A DNA stretch of 64,000 bases from Candidatus Latescibacterota bacterium (GTDB lineage Bacteria; Latescibacterota; UBA2968): assembly GCA_965205975.1 (NCBI GenBank), contig OZ242195.1, forward strand, positions 3,862,656 to 3,926,655. Reading direction: 5' to 3'. The notes beneath the pieces are model-generated. The model had not been told where the DNA came from. It ran no database searches and saw nothing but the letters and a program-made list of their open reading frames with translations. Positions 37,701-49,100 of this stretch are shown in pieces; positions within the stretch are counted from its first letter, which is position 1, and each line of letters begins with the position of its first letter. The translations under genes were made by a program, and so were the position numbers.

Positions 37701-38632
37701 TCCTTCTCCAACTTCTCTAACTTGCGCTCCATATCGATCTTAACCTCGGCGACAATATTGGCAATCGGATCCCGCTTCCCCGCTTTAATCACCACGGGCC
37801 TATCGATATTAAAATGCACCTTGTGCTCCATCACCAGGCCGCGCGTCGCATCGATCACCCACGACCCCCCGCCTGTACCCTTCCCATTGTAATACAAAGA
37901 AGCCGCACTCACATCGATCCACCCCGCGTACATCACCTCACTATCCTCATCGATATGCACCTCCACGCGCCCCTTCTCCTGCTTGATATTCTTCACCTCA
38001 TACGTACTCTTAATTTTAATCTCCGAATCGCGCCCCAGCATATCCATACTCGCAAAAGGACGCCAAAAAACGCGCTCCCCCGTCCAGGTATCGCCCTTAT
38101 TAACCGGACCCTCTGGCAAAACCGGTGCAAACGCCGGCATCGCCCCCTGGTACATATCCGTAATCAAATCCTGCCGCTCCACGCGAAACGCGGGAAAATC
38201 CGGCTCGAACTTCTGCGCTATGCCCTCGGGCGTCACCTGCCAGGTAAAAACCCTGTCATTAAACATATCAAACGTAAACGGAAACTGCTCATACGTCTGC
38301 TTCTCACCCAGAAAAATCGCTGCACTCGCCCCCTTTTTAATCTCAGCGCGGATCCCCATCACCCCTTCGGGAATCGTCCGCCCCGGCAATGCCCGGGGCA
38401 CAACCACCTCTTCATGGCTGCGCCACTCATTATCTATAATCACGCGAATATGCCCGCTCCGCATCACAATCTGCTCGCCCTGATTGCTGTAATACTCCAC
38501 CCGGAACTTGTGCTTATATCGCGCCTTGCGTCCTTCCGGAAACTTCAATGCCAGCACAGTGGGTTGCGCCCAACAATCGGCGGCAACACCGGCGAGTAAC
38601 CCGAGAACAATCGTTAATTTCCACATAAGCAC
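37697..38632 (-). CDS. secreted hypothetical protein (signal peptide)
   Basis: MWKLTIVLGLLAGVAADCWAQP signal. 311 aa. No family recognised. Confidence 0.5.
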   Translation of the reverse strand: MLMWKLTIVLGLLAGVAADCWAQPTVLALKFPEGRKARYKHKFRVEYYSNQGEQIVMRSGHIRVIIDNEWRSHEEVVVPRALPGRTIPEGVMGIRAEIKKGASAAIFLGEKQTYEQFPFTFDMFNDRVFTWQVTPEGIAQKFEPDFPAFRVERQDLITDMYQGAMPAFAPVLPEGPVNKGDTWTGERVFWRPFASMDMLGRDSEIKIKSTYEVKNIKQEKGRVEVHIDEDSEVMYAGWIDVSAASLYYNGKGTGGGSWVIDATRGLVMEHKVHFNIDRPVVIKAGKRDPIANIVAEVKIDMERKLEKLEKE

Positions 38633-38674
38633 CTCCTAAACGATCACGGATGAAAGCCTGCCCCTCATCTCATA

Positions 38675-38898
38675 CCAACTCAGGTGGTAAAGATGCTTCG
38701 GCTGCGCTCAGCATGACAAAACACCACTCGCCAACTCAGGTGGAACAGATGCTTCGGCTGCGCTCAGCATGACAAAACACCACTCGCCAACTCAGGTGGA
38801 ACAGATGCTTCGGCTGCGCTCAGCATGACAAAACACCACTCGCCAACTCAGGTGGAACAGATGCTTCGGCTACGCTCAGCATGACAAAACACCGGACA
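38675..38898. repeat. 56-bp tandem repeat x4 (non-coding period) in the upstream region of the secreted-protein gene
   Basis: Unit CCAACTCAGGTGGAACAGATGCTTCGGCTGCGCTCAGCATGACAAAACACCACTCG. Copies begin at 38675, 38731, 38787 and 38843 with 1-3 mismatches. Confidence 0.9.
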
Positions 38899-38933
38899 TC
38901 CGTAACATCAGGTATTAATTTTAAAACAGCTTC

Positions 38934-39947
38934 CTACCTCCTACTTCGCGTGCGCTTCACCCGCACGGGGCGCCCGCCTTTTTCTGCCGACTCCCATGCG
39001 GCCTCGGTCAACTGAATCACGCGCAAACCGCACACGGGCGGCACCTGAACTTCATCGCGTCCCAAAATCGCATCCACAAAATTTTGATCTGGACTCACAA
39101 ACCGCGACGGCAAACTATCCGCATCCACCTCTACCGGTGCGCTGCCGCCGTATTTGCACGTCACCTTTCCATTGCGGGAATAAATCGCCCCCTTTGTGCC
39201 CCAAATCGTAATATCCTCCCACATCCCCGGACCGGGACCTGTACCCACAACAGAAAAATTCGCCAACGCACCATTTTCAAACACAATCGACAGCGCCGAA
39301 TTGATATCCACCTCTGTATCCAGATAATCCATAAACGCCGACACGCGCGCAGGCGCCTGATCCACCATCCACAGCACAATATCCAGCAAATGGCTCCCCG
39401 AATCATTCAACTGCCCCCCGCCCGACAGCGCGTGAACCTGTCGCCACTTCCCCTGTTGATTCGCATACCAGTGCTGATCTTGCATCGCCTGAATAAACTG
39501 AACCTCTCCGATCTCCCCCGCCTGAATCTGATTCCGCATAAACCGAAACGTCGGCGCCAGATGCCGTTGATAGGACACCATCAAAACGCGATCCACCTCC
39601 TCGGCCTTATCCATCACCTGAAACGCGTGATCAACCGTACACACCATCGGCTTCTCTGTCAGCACATGCAGACCCTTATCCAGACTATCCATAATCTGTT
39701 CAAAATGCAACGTATGCGGCGTAGAAATCTCTGTCGCATCCATCGCCACCTCATTCAGCATCTCCTTGTGATCTGCAAACCTCGGCAACTGCTCTGCCTG
39801 GGGCACGCGCTCAAACAACCTTGCAAAACTCGCCTCACTCGGATCTGCCAGCGCCACAACCTCCACATCCTGCATCTTCATCAACCGCCCGAGGTGACCG
39901 CCCATATTGCCACCACACCCGATCAAGCCCATTCGCACCTTCTCCAT
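38934..39947 (-). CDS. Gfo/Idh/MocA-family NAD(P)-dependent oxidoreductase
   Basis: MEKVRMGLIGCGGNMGGHLGRL Rossmann N-terminus and family conservation. 337 aa. Confidence 0.85.
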   Translation of the reverse strand: MEKVRMGLIGCGGNMGGHLGRLMKMQDVEVVALADPSEASFARLFERVPQAEQLPRFADHKEMLNEVAMDATEISTPHTLHFEQIMDSLDKGLHVLTEKPMVCTVDHAFQVMDKAEEVDRVLMVSYQRHLAPTFRFMRNQIQAGEIGEVQFIQAMQDQHWYANQQGKWRQVHALSGGGQLNDSGSHLLDIVLWMVDQAPARVSAFMDYLDTEVDINSALSIVFENGALANFSVVGTGPGPGMWEDITIWGTKGAIYSRNGKVTCKYGGSAPVEVDADSLPSRFVSPDQNFVDAILGRDEVQVPPVCGLRVIQLTEAAWESAEKGGRPVRVKRTRSRR

Positions 39948-39964
39948 TTATGTCTCCTTTTAAA

Positions 39965-40028
39965 TGCAACCACAGATGAACACAGATAAACACGGATAAA
40001 TGACGGGCGAGGCATGCCTCGCCCCTAC
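39965..40028. repeat. C-module direct repeat plus A-type hairpin
   Basis: GCAACCACAGATGAACACAGATAAACACGGATAAATGAC + GGGCGAGGCATGCCTCGCCCCTACA. Confidence 0.9.
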
Positions 40029-40225
40029 AGGTGTTCACACTTCAACCATCGTGCTCGAATATAGTTTCACATATATAATACCGCAATAACAAAAAAAAGG
40101 CCACTGGACAAAATGTCCAGTAGCCTTTTTAAATCGGCACCGTCCCAGGAATCGGCGCCATCCTCACGGGCGTAAAATTTTACGCCCCTACAATCATCTG
40201 CGTACATCTGCGTACATCTGCGGAT

Positions 40226-42268
40226 CTATTTCAACAACAGCATCTTCTGGATCGCGGTATTTGGACCCGCTTTGATCTTGGCAATATAAACGCCACTACC
40301 AACACTGCGGCCCATAAAGTCCTTCGCATCCCACTGGACGCTATAGCGACCCGCTGTATAATGCTGACTCACGAGATGACGAATCTCCTGCCCAATCGCA
40401 TCGTAAATGATAATTGACACATCTGCGTCAGCGGGCAAATCGTAGGAAATCGTCGTTCTCGGATTAAACGGATTGGGATAAACAGCCGACGCAAATTCTG
40501 TGGGCAGAATGAAACGCGCGCCCAACAGCACCTCAATCGGATTCGACAGATTAACCGTCCCATCCAGATCAACCTGCTCGAGAACATAATAAACGATCTC
40601 AGCAGCCGGAAGGCTCGTATCCTCAAACATATAATCCATCAACTGATCGGTCGTACCGGCACCCGCGATAAGCTCGCTGACCACCTCGTAGGTCTCTCCA
40701 TCCGTACTGCGAAGCACGCGGAAACCCGCATTATTGGTCTGCGAAGCCGTCGCCCAATTGAGCACCACGCGGTTTTCGACCACGGATCCGACAAACGACG
40801 ACAACTCAATCGGCACCTGCTCGTCAAACTGAACCGTCACCTCCTGAGAAGCCATGCCATCGGAAGCCGTCACCTTCACAACAGCCGAACCGAGACCTGT
40901 CGCAGTCAAAACATAGACATTCTGCATATCCATTTCCGGGTGGCCATCAATCATAGCCGCGCCTTCTACAGTATGCGCAAAAGTAATCTTCGCACCCTCG
41001 GCAAAACCCAGAGCTGTAATTTTAATCGTCGCAGAATCACCGCGCGGAATCGTCGCAATATGCGCAGACACCTCCAGCCGCGGACCGAAATTATACATCA
41101 CCGGTGCGGGATTCATCAGCATAGTCTCTTCGCCAGAACCGAGAACTGCTCTAAACGACTCGACAGAAACCGTAAACGGCACAGCCTCTTCACCCGTCGT
41201 CAGCTTCAGCGTGCCCAAAAAACCACCATTGGACAGCATCACAGCTTCTTCGGAACCGACATCGATCTGATTACCGGAAATACCCAACAGCGTCATACCC
41301 TCAGCAGGGTCAAAACCCGTAATCATCGCCGCAGAAGCCGGATCAATGACAAAAACGATACTCGCACCGCCGAGACCGCCATCTACATCACCTGCAAACA
41401 CCTCAATAGCGATCTCTTGATTGGCATCGGCACTGCCCGCGAGCATGCCATCATCCATCATATTCATCATGTCCATGCCTGCGATATCCAGCGCGGGAAT
41501 CCGCATCTCGACAAACTTAATCTCAACCGGATCGGTCGAAGCCATACCATCACTCGCCGTCACCGTTGCCGTTGCCGGACCACTCGCCGTCAGTGTCAAC
41601 GTGGCACCTTCTTGAGCATGCATAATATTATCGAGCATCATACCCTGCACATCAAACGCAATCGTCGCATCGGCGGGGAAATTCACAGCCGTCACCGTCG
41701 CCGTGCCCGTGCCACCTGGCGGCACCGGAACCGTAGTCGCACTTGCATCCAACCTGGGAACAGCATTGAAAGACAAGGGCGCCATCATCGCCGTGGTAAT
41801 ATTATCCGTATCTGTAGGATTGGCAGCACCGGCCAGATTCATAATACTGACACCAACGGTAAATTCGGTACTCGCCATCAAACCCTCTACGGGCGACAGC
41901 GTAACAGTCCCGAAATAATCGTTGGTCAAAGTACCAGAAGGAACAGCACCAAAAGAAACGGTACTCGCCGTTGTACCCAGCGCAAAAAATCCCGTAGCAG
42001 GAGCCGCGCTTGTGACCGTCAGCTTATCCGTATCAAAAGTCACCACACCACCGACAATGGGACCTGCCAGCCCGGTAATAAATATTTCAACGACAACATC
42101 GGTACCCGCAACAGCAGTACCCGATGTATTGCCATCATTCATCTTATTGTCACTGGCATCAATGTCAACTGCCACAACAGCATTTGCATTGGGACCCGCA
42201 GAAGCTTGCCCCACAAAAGCCAGCAACATAAGAGCAGTAAAAAATAACAATCCTTTTTTCAAAAACAT
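40226..42268 (-). CDS. secreted cell-surface protein with a T9SS-type C-terminal sorting domain
   Basis: Signal MFLKKGLLFFTALMLLAFVGQASA. Thr/Ala/Val-rich Ig-like repeats. C-terminal YPNPFNPRTTISYDLPADADVSIIIYDAIGQEIRHL...GVYIAKIKAG...KMLLLK (Por-secretion-tail-like). I take the ATG at M29 of the track ORF. Confidence 0.75.
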   Translation of the reverse strand: MFLKKGLLFFTALMLLAFVGQASAGPNANAVVAVDIDASDNKMNDGNTSGTAVAGTDVVVEIFITGLAGPIVGGVVTFDTDKLTVTSAAPATGFFALGTTASTVSFGAVPSGTLTNDYFGTVTLSPVEGLMASTEFTVGVSIMNLAGAANPTDTDNITTAMMAPLSFNAVPRLDASATTVPVPPGGTGTATVTAVNFPADATIAFDVQGMMLDNIMHAQEGATLTLTASGPATATVTASDGMASTDPVEIKFVEMRIPALDIAGMDMMNMMDDGMLAGSADANQEIAIEVFAGDVDGGLGGASIVFVIDPASAAMITGFDPAEGMTLLGISGNQIDVGSEEAVMLSNGGFLGTLKLTTGEEAVPFTVSVESFRAVLGSGEETMLMNPAPVMYNFGPRLEVSAHIATIPRGDSATIKITALGFAEGAKITFAHTVEGAAMIDGHPEMDMQNVYVLTATGLGSAVVKVTASDGMASQEVTVQFDEQVPIELSSFVGSVVENRVVLNWATASQTNNAGFRVLRSTDGETYEVVSELIAGAGTTDQLMDYMFEDTSLPAAEIVYYVLEQVDLDGTVNLSNPIEVLLGARFILPTEFASAVYPNPFNPRTTISYDLPADADVSIIIYDAIGQEIRHLVSQHYTAGRYSVQWDAKDFMGRSVGSGVYIAKIKAGPNTAIQKMLLLK

Positions 42269-42320
42269 TTGCAAAACTCCTTCGCTGAAAACTACTCCTT
42301 GTAAGTTCTGAGGGGAAATA

Positions 42321-42350
42321 GGTAGGGGCGAAAGATTTTTCACCCCTACC
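42321..42350. repeat. intergenic palindromic hairpin GGTAGGGG-N14-CCCCTACC between two giant genes
   Basis: GGTAGGGGCGAAAGATTTTTCACCCCTACC. Confidence 0.6.
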
Positions 42351-42358
42351 AAAACGAA

Positions 42359-45300
42359 TTACTTGAGCAGCATCAGCTTCCGCACATCCTGGAACTTCCC
42401 TGCCGAAATCTGGTAGAAATAAATTCCACTCGAAACCGGCATCCCACGATCATCCATACCGTCCCAACGGACCTGATATCGACCGACCGACTGCGGTTCA
42501 GCAACCATAAGTGTCCGAACCACCTGACCCACCACATTGTAAATCTGGAGCGTCACATCGGCAGACTCGGCCAATTCATAACCGATCGTTGTTTCGGGGT
42601 TAAACGGATTGGGGAAATTCTGGAGCAGTGCAAACTCTGTAGGCGTCGTCTGAATATCCAGCACACTGCCAGCCAGTGGATTGGCGAGTTGGCTCGGATC
42701 GAAAACCAGACCATTGGCAATCTCGAATCGCGCATTATCTTCAAAATCGCGCAACACGCGGAACACCAACCGAACGATATCGCCATCACCAGAAACCTCT
42801 GAGCCATTCACGATCGCATTCATAACGTGAACCTGCCCGGCCTCAGGCGACCAACCCCTCAACAGCGGGGTCTCGCCACCTGTTGACGTCAGCAAATCCT
42901 CAGTAGCTGGCACAGCTTCTACAAACTCGAACGTCTCAGCGTCGTAGTGCAGCACAAACCCATAACCCATCAGAGCCTGTACATTGGCCAGAGACACATC
43001 CACAAACATCGTCTCGCCAGCCACCACGCGATCACTGCCCAAACGCAACGACAACTCGGCAGCCTCATTCACGCCAAGAACAGGCGTAACCAGAGACTTA
43101 CCAGCCGGACCTGTCGCCTCTTTGCCATAAGAGCCAAAGAACAGAATGAAGTCATCGAAATTAACCACAGCATCGTCATTCAGATCAGCCTGAATAAAGA
43201 CTCGCCATTCCTCGCGCGTCGAGGTGGCCTCACTTGTATTAAACGCCATCGTAAAGGCCACAAAATCTTCAAAGTCAACCAACAGCGGCGTCATAGCCCC
43301 GTACCTATCGAGCTTCACGACAAAAACGGGATTGCCATCGGCATCCGCAAACAGCTTGCGCTTCGGTGCAAGTTCAACCACCAGAGGCGGTACAATCGAC
43401 GTCATGTTGGTGCCGTCCATCACAACCACATCTATCAGCACCGCAGGCACGCCCTGATCAATCAGAGACTCAATCAAAACCTGGGGAACCGTTAAACTGG
43501 TCGAACCAGGAGGAAGAACCCCTCCAACCACTGCGGTAACATCAATCGGCGGTGCTTCTGAACCGACGACACTGGCCATAACCCTGTAGCCCGTCACATG
43601 CGGAACCATAATCGCGTGACCGCGATACATCACAGCATCCATACCGCCATCATCTGCGGACGCCGTCCAGGTAATAACCCCGGTATCCGGATCAGCAGCA
43701 ACATCGGTCACAGCAGCAGGAGCCGTATCATCTACTGCACCCGCCATACCACCATCGTTTGCCACGACAATTGGAGACGAAACAATGGGACCAAGATGAC
43801 CATCTGTGCGGATATTCTGCGGAACAGCCAAATCGCCACCAATGAGAACACTCAAATCGGGATCCAGAGCCGCAAACACCACATTCTTCCTGCCGCCAGT
43901 AAGCGAATTAATATAATCAGCAGAAGGCATCAACATCTCGCTGAGCGCATTCTCGGTCACAACCAGATTGGGATCAACACCCAAAAGCTGAACGATCGCC
44001 TGCACGCTCTCTTTGGAGAACACGCGCTTGCCAGCAGGCGTAATCACTTCCTCGCTCGACTCCTGGCCCGATTCCGCTGCAACGCCCCAGCGCGTCGCGT
44101 TGTTATCCGTCACCGGAACAACCGCGCGCGTAATACCCGCTTCATCATTGTCCATCGCGTCAACAACAGCCCAGGACATCCACGTTGCAACCGGCGTATC
44201 GGTCGTCACCACATTGCCATCGGCATCCAGCGCGGTATTCACCATCATCTCGCGATAAATGCGATACTGACTCACATCCGCGTGATTTGCCGAATTGGCA
44301 AAACTAACCATCACATAATGACCGTTATCGCCTTCATTATCCTGCACAACCACACTGCTGGGTGCAGCGGGCAGTGCCTGCTCGAACGCAACCTCAACCG
44401 CAGACGTCGTAACGCCCGCGCCAGAAGCCGTCACAGAAACAGAAACCGTACCCGTAGCAGTCAGTGTCAGCACATTGCCATCTGCCGACGTCGTAAGATT
44501 GGGATGGCTCGCCGGATCGACATTAAACGTAATATCGGCACCTTCGGGGAAACCCGCCGCAACGACCATTGCCATTGCACTGGGAACCTCAGCTTGCGGA
44601 ACCATGACAACATCAGGCGCATCTGAACCAACAGTGGGCATCGCCCGGAACAGAATACTAATCGCCTCAGTCGTATCATCAGCATCAGAAGCCGTCACCG
44701 TCACCGTAGCAGACCCCATACCGCTCCCCGTAATCGTCACCATATCACCATCGGTATCGGCGTTAATCGTAGCGGTACCGGAAGAGCTAATCGCATAAGT
44801 AATCGCACCTTCCAGACCCGTTGCAGAAACCGTCACCGACTTCTCTCCACCCTCGGGAATAATAACATCATCTTCACTCGCCGTCAGGTAAGGATCGGGA
44901 TCCGTAAACGTAAGCGTAAGCGAAGCAGAAGACGTACCATCGGTCGCCGTCACCGTCACCGTGCCAGCCGAAGCCGTCGTAATCGTCAAATTGGCACCAT
45001 CTTCCATCGACGTAAAATCGGCAGTCGCTTCATAAGAATAGTCAATCTCGGCACCTTCTTCAAAATTCATAGCCGTAATCGACACCGAAGCCTCGGTACC
45101 AAAATCTTCAAACGTAATCGCGGTCTCTCCATCAGCAGTCACCAACTCCGGCACGGGACCACCGCTAACCACCACAGCATCGCCAGCAGCAGCGGCAACT
45201 CTCATCCCACCCGATGTAAACACAGTAACCGAAGCACTAATGGAAACCTCCGACCCATCGTAAGCAGGGCCCAGAGTCAACACCACAGTGCCATAACTGC

Positions 45301-46045
45301 CGTCTGTCAACGTCGTTGGCGCGCCAATAAGCGTAAGGCTCATACCGACAATACCGTCTGGAGACACGACCAAACCGCCAGCAGGATCGCCACCAGTGAT
45401 CGCCGCCACAGCGGGATCAACCGCAATGCTAATCTCGGCACCAACTGTTGCAGCCTCCAACCCATCAACAGCGACATTGACAACAATATTATCACCTGCA
45501 GCAACAGGTCCCTCGCCGTCACGCGTCAGAGAAACGGACAAATTATCATAAGACGGCGTCATACCAGTGCCGCCATTACCATTGCCATCACCATTGCCAC
45601 CAGTCCCACCTTCATTAAACACAAGTGCTCCGGGAAGTGGAACAGTAATAGCAACATCATTGAGTTTAATTGACGCAATGCCAATAGAAAATTCCACATC
45701 CGTTACATCTGAGGCTGTGGTAAAGGTAAAAGACGCACTTGCGGGCACTGCTGTCGCCTGAATGGCAACCAGGCTTCCACTATTACCAGAAACAAGGCCA
45801 GTAAAGTCATCAGCAGAAGCGGCAGTCAATGTTACAGAATTATCAACAGCGAACTCAACCGCTATGGCATTCACGGATGCGGTAAGACCCATCTGGGACA
45901 CAACAACCGTAATTTCCGTGCCCGATCCTGAAACCGTGGTGGAGCCATCCCCACCAACAGCGAGCGACACCTGCGCAGAAGCCTGCCCTGCAAACATCAG
46001 CAATGCCAAAGCAGTCGTAAACAAAAGACTTTTTTTCAAAAACAT
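42359..46045 (-). CDS. giant secreted surface protein (1228 aa): Ig-like repeats, dockerin-like Ca-binding repeats, a cohesin-like module, and a T9SS C-terminal sorting domain
   Basis: Signal MFLKKSLLFTTALALLMFAGQASA. Dockerin-like FEDFVAFTMAF ... DLNDDAVVNFDDFILFFGSYG. Cohesin-like GVNEAAELSLRLGSDRVVAGETMFVDVSLANVQALMGYGFVLHYDAETFEFV. C-terminal NFPNPFNPETTIGYELAESADVTLQIYNVVGQVVRTL...SGIYFYQISAGKFQDVRKLMLLK. Confidence 0.8.
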   Translation of the reverse strand: MFLKKSLLFTTALALLMFAGQASAQVSLAVGGDGSTTVSGSGTEITVVVSQMGLTASVNAIAVEFAVDNSVTLTAASADDFTGLVSGNSGSLVAIQATAVPASASFTFTTASDVTDVEFSIGIASIKLNDVAITVPLPGALVFNEGGTGGNGDGNGNGGTGMTPSYDNLSVSLTRDGEGPVAAGDNIVVNVAVDGLEAATVGAEISIAVDPAVAAITGGDPAGGLVVSPDGIVGMSLTLIGAPTTLTDGSYGTVVLTLGPAYDGSEVSISASVTVFTSGGMRVAAAAGDAVVVSGGPVPELVTADGETAITFEDFGTEASVSITAMNFEEGAEIDYSYEATADFTSMEDGANLTITTASAGTVTVTATDGTSSASLTLTFTDPDPYLTASEDDVIIPEGGEKSVTVSATGLEGAITYAISSSGTATINADTDGDMVTITGSGMGSATVTVTASDADDTTEAISILFRAMPTVGSDAPDVVMVPQAEVPSAMAMVVAAGFPEGADITFNVDPASHPNLTTSADGNVLTLTATGTVSVSVTASGAGVTTSAVEVAFEQALPAAPSSVVVQDNEGDNGHYVMVSFANSANHADVSQYRIYREMMVNTALDADGNVVTTDTPVATWMSWAVVDAMDNDEAGITRAVVPVTDNNATRWGVAAESGQESSEEVITPAGKRVFSKESVQAIVQLLGVDPNLVVTENALSEMLMPSADYINSLTGGRKNVVFAALDPDLSVLIGGDLAVPQNIRTDGHLGPIVSSPIVVANDGGMAGAVDDTAPAAVTDVAADPDTGVITWTASADDGGMDAVMYRGHAIMVPHVTGYRVMASVVGSEAPPIDVTAVVGGVLPPGSTSLTVPQVLIESLIDQGVPAVLIDVVVMDGTNMTSIVPPLVVELAPKRKLFADADGNPVFVVKLDRYGAMTPLLVDFEDFVAFTMAFNTSEATSTREEWRVFIQADLNDDAVVNFDDFILFFGSYGKEATGPAGKSLVTPVLGVNEAAELSLRLGSDRVVAGETMFVDVSLANVQALMGYGFVLHYDAETFEFVEAVPATEDLLTSTGGETPLLRGWSPEAGQVHVMNAIVNGSEVSGDGDIVRLVFRVLRDFEDNARFEIANGLVFDPSQLANPLAGSVLDIQTTPTEFALLQNFPNPFNPETTIGYELAESADVTLQIYNVVGQVVRTLMVAEPQSVGRYQVRWDGMDDRGMPVSSGIYFYQISAGKFQDVRKLMLLK

Positions 46046-46115
46046 TACAAACTCCTCTATTGAAAATGGAATCGGGAAGCCTCACATTTGGGAAACTTCC
46101 CGATCCATCGGCGAA

Positions 46116-49100
46116 TTACTTGAGCAGCATCAGCTTCCGCACATCGCTGAACTTTCCGTCTGCCGCAATCTGGTAGAAGTAAATTCCACTCGAAACCGGC
46201 ACACCGCGCTCATCCATACCATTCCAGCGGATCTGATAGCGACCCGCATTCTGTGCCTCAGAAGCGACCAGCGTCCGAACCACCTGACCCAACACATTGT
46301 AAATCTGGAGCGTCACGTCAGCGGACTCGGCCAAATCGTACTTAATGGTCGTATCCGGGTTAAATGGATTGGGGAAGTTCTGGTGCAAAGCGAACTCTCT
46401 GGGTGTGCTCTGGAGTTCCAACACACCCGCGACCACCGCCGGGTTCTGCAACTGACTCGGGTCAAAGACCAGACCGTTGGCAATCTCAAACCGGGCGTTA
46501 TCCTCGAACTCATACAACACGCGGAACACAAACCGGACAATGTCGCCACCGCCGGAAACCGCTGTACCATTATACATACCCGTGGCAACTTCAACCTGAC
46601 CGTCGCCCGCGATGTGATGGAACAACGTCTCGCCACCTGTTGACGTGAGCAAATCCTCATCGGCCTGAGCAACACTCACGAACTCGAACTTCGCAGCATC
46701 GTAATTGAGCGTGAACCCATAACCGATCACAGATGCGACATTGGCAAGCGATACATCGACAGCCACCAACTCGCCAGCAACCACGCGCTCGCTACCCAGA
46801 CTCAGTGAGAACTCAGCATTCTCGTTTACGCCGGGAGCCAGAACGATAGGCTTAGACGCCGGACCATCAATTGTCCTGCCCCAAGAAGTAATAAACAGGA
46901 GGAAGTCAGCCACATCAACCGTGTCATCATCGTTGATATCAGCCTGAGGATTGTAATTCGCATCACCAGGACTGCTACCCCACGCAGCAACAAGGGCAAG
47001 GAAGTCATCCACGCCAACCGTGCCAGAAGACTTGGCAATCAGATAAACGGGATCGCCATTTGCATCGACATAACTGCGACGACCCATTTGCTCTTCATGG
47101 ACAATATCAAGACTCGTCGAATACTGACCACTCGTAGCCGTCACCGACACAGTGCCTGACCCGGTCAGGGTAATAGACTGTGTAGCATAGCCACTGGCAT
47201 CTGCTGTCGCTTCTGTCTCATCACCGTCAACGTTAAAGGTAACCGTATCGCCCTCGTCCAGACCTTCTGCACGAGCCGTTACCTCTACCTCGCCACCAGC
47301 GGGAATCGTGACAGTTTCACCAGCCTGATCCCCATCCATACCGGGAACCCAGAGCGTAATGGAAAGATCCAGAGGCGCGCTAATGGTAAAACTCTCAGTA
47401 GCTTTGATATCCCTACTCCGCATATCAGCATCGTCTAAGGACGCATTCGCGACCAAGACCTGAACCGCCACACTCTTCTTGTTATCAGGTGCTACGAGTT
47501 CAAACGTCTCACCTGCCAACGGAATCGGCCATTCAAATAGAGAAGGCAGATCATCAAGCGCGGGATTGGAACGGAACGTAACGTCAACATCATCATATTT
47601 GAGGACTTTCGCCGTAATGGCAGCGGCCGTTTTGACGACATTTGCATCCAACAGATTCAAGGTGTCTGCAACATTGGCTGGAGCCTGCTTAAAAGCCTTC
47701 AAAGAGGGGTTGCCATACTTATCAGTCGGAACCACTCGGAGAGTGAAATCACCCCAGACCGATGTCGCAGCGCCTACTACGCCTTCTTCCCAAGCAGTTA
47801 TTTCAAAGTCGGCGAAGTCAGCGGCGTCAACAGTAATATCTACTGACTCGGTAATGGTCGCAACACCGTCAGCGCCCATTTCTGTCACAGCAACCGTGAA
47901 AGTACCTGCCTTTTCTGATATCACCACGATACCCTCGAACACGCCTGCAGTCCAGGTATCGCCATTCAGCGTAGCAGAACCGTCTCCATTATCCGTGACA
48001 CCCGTGCCTCCGAAAGATACCTCGGACACCATGTTACCATCGGAATCCGTAGCGGAGACCATCACACCGTCTGCAGAGTAGGTAACAGCCGTCTTTTTCA
48101 ATGTTGCGTCACGCGCCGTAACTTCCAAATGCAACGCCTGACCAGCAATCACAGCAGGCTTATTCTTATTTCCGCCACCAGTGGTAGTGGTAACAAGCAC
48201 AAACTGATCAGCCGAAGGATTAACGATATTGTTGTCAAACGTCAAACCTAATTGCCTGCCACTGGTACCTACATAACCAGCCTTGTCTCGAACATAGACT
48301 TGCAGATCATATACGTCGTCCTGCTGAAGCATTTCGTCTCCGAGGAACGAGATCCTGATATTCTGTCCCACCGTGGACTTCTGAGCAGCAGTACCCGCTA
48401 CTTCGAGAATACCATCACTACCCTCGTAGCGAACCAAAATCGAATCCGCTGCTTCGCTAATACGGAAAACCGGATGCTGTGTCCCGCCGCCAATCTTATT
48501 ATCGGACAGGTCATCAGTATTGGGGAACAATCTCGAAACTGTGGGTGCCAGGTTGTCGAAAATTGCTTGTCCGGCATTTCCAGATGTACCTTTTTTAGGC
48601 GAGACCGTCCCCAGGTTACCAACCTCGTCTCTTACACCAATTTTGAGATTGGCTGCTGCACCCTTATTATACTTCTTCAGCACTCCTGGGTGTTGAGTGG
48701 CCTTGAGAGTAGCATTTCCCTTCCGATGCGTAAGCGCTCCCAAGTCCGCCTGCAAACCTGCATCGTCCGCAGAAAAATCAATATCTTCCAATATAAGGCT
48801 ATCTGCGCCAATGACGATGAACGATTCATGGTTTGTAGCTTCATCAGAACTGAAGTTCAGCGGGTTGAGATCAAGGTCCACATCATCACCTTCTCCGATA
48901 AATGAGTAGAGTTGCGTCGATAGTGATGTGTAGTGCTTATGAGAACTATCGGGATGCGCGATCGTAATTTTCGGCGGCTTGGAATCCAGCGTAAATACCG
49001 CAGACAATCCGCCGTCGGCAACATCTGCATCCAATTCAGTCTGGGTATATTGATCGCCTTTGTTACCAGCTTTATCCGTCACCTGTGCCCGCGCACGCAC

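Noticed and set aside
38675-38898. Possible CRISPR array (regularly repeated ~56-bp unit).
   Set aside because: The units are directly contiguous with no unique spacers between them, and there are no cas genes in the window. It is a simple tandem repeat.
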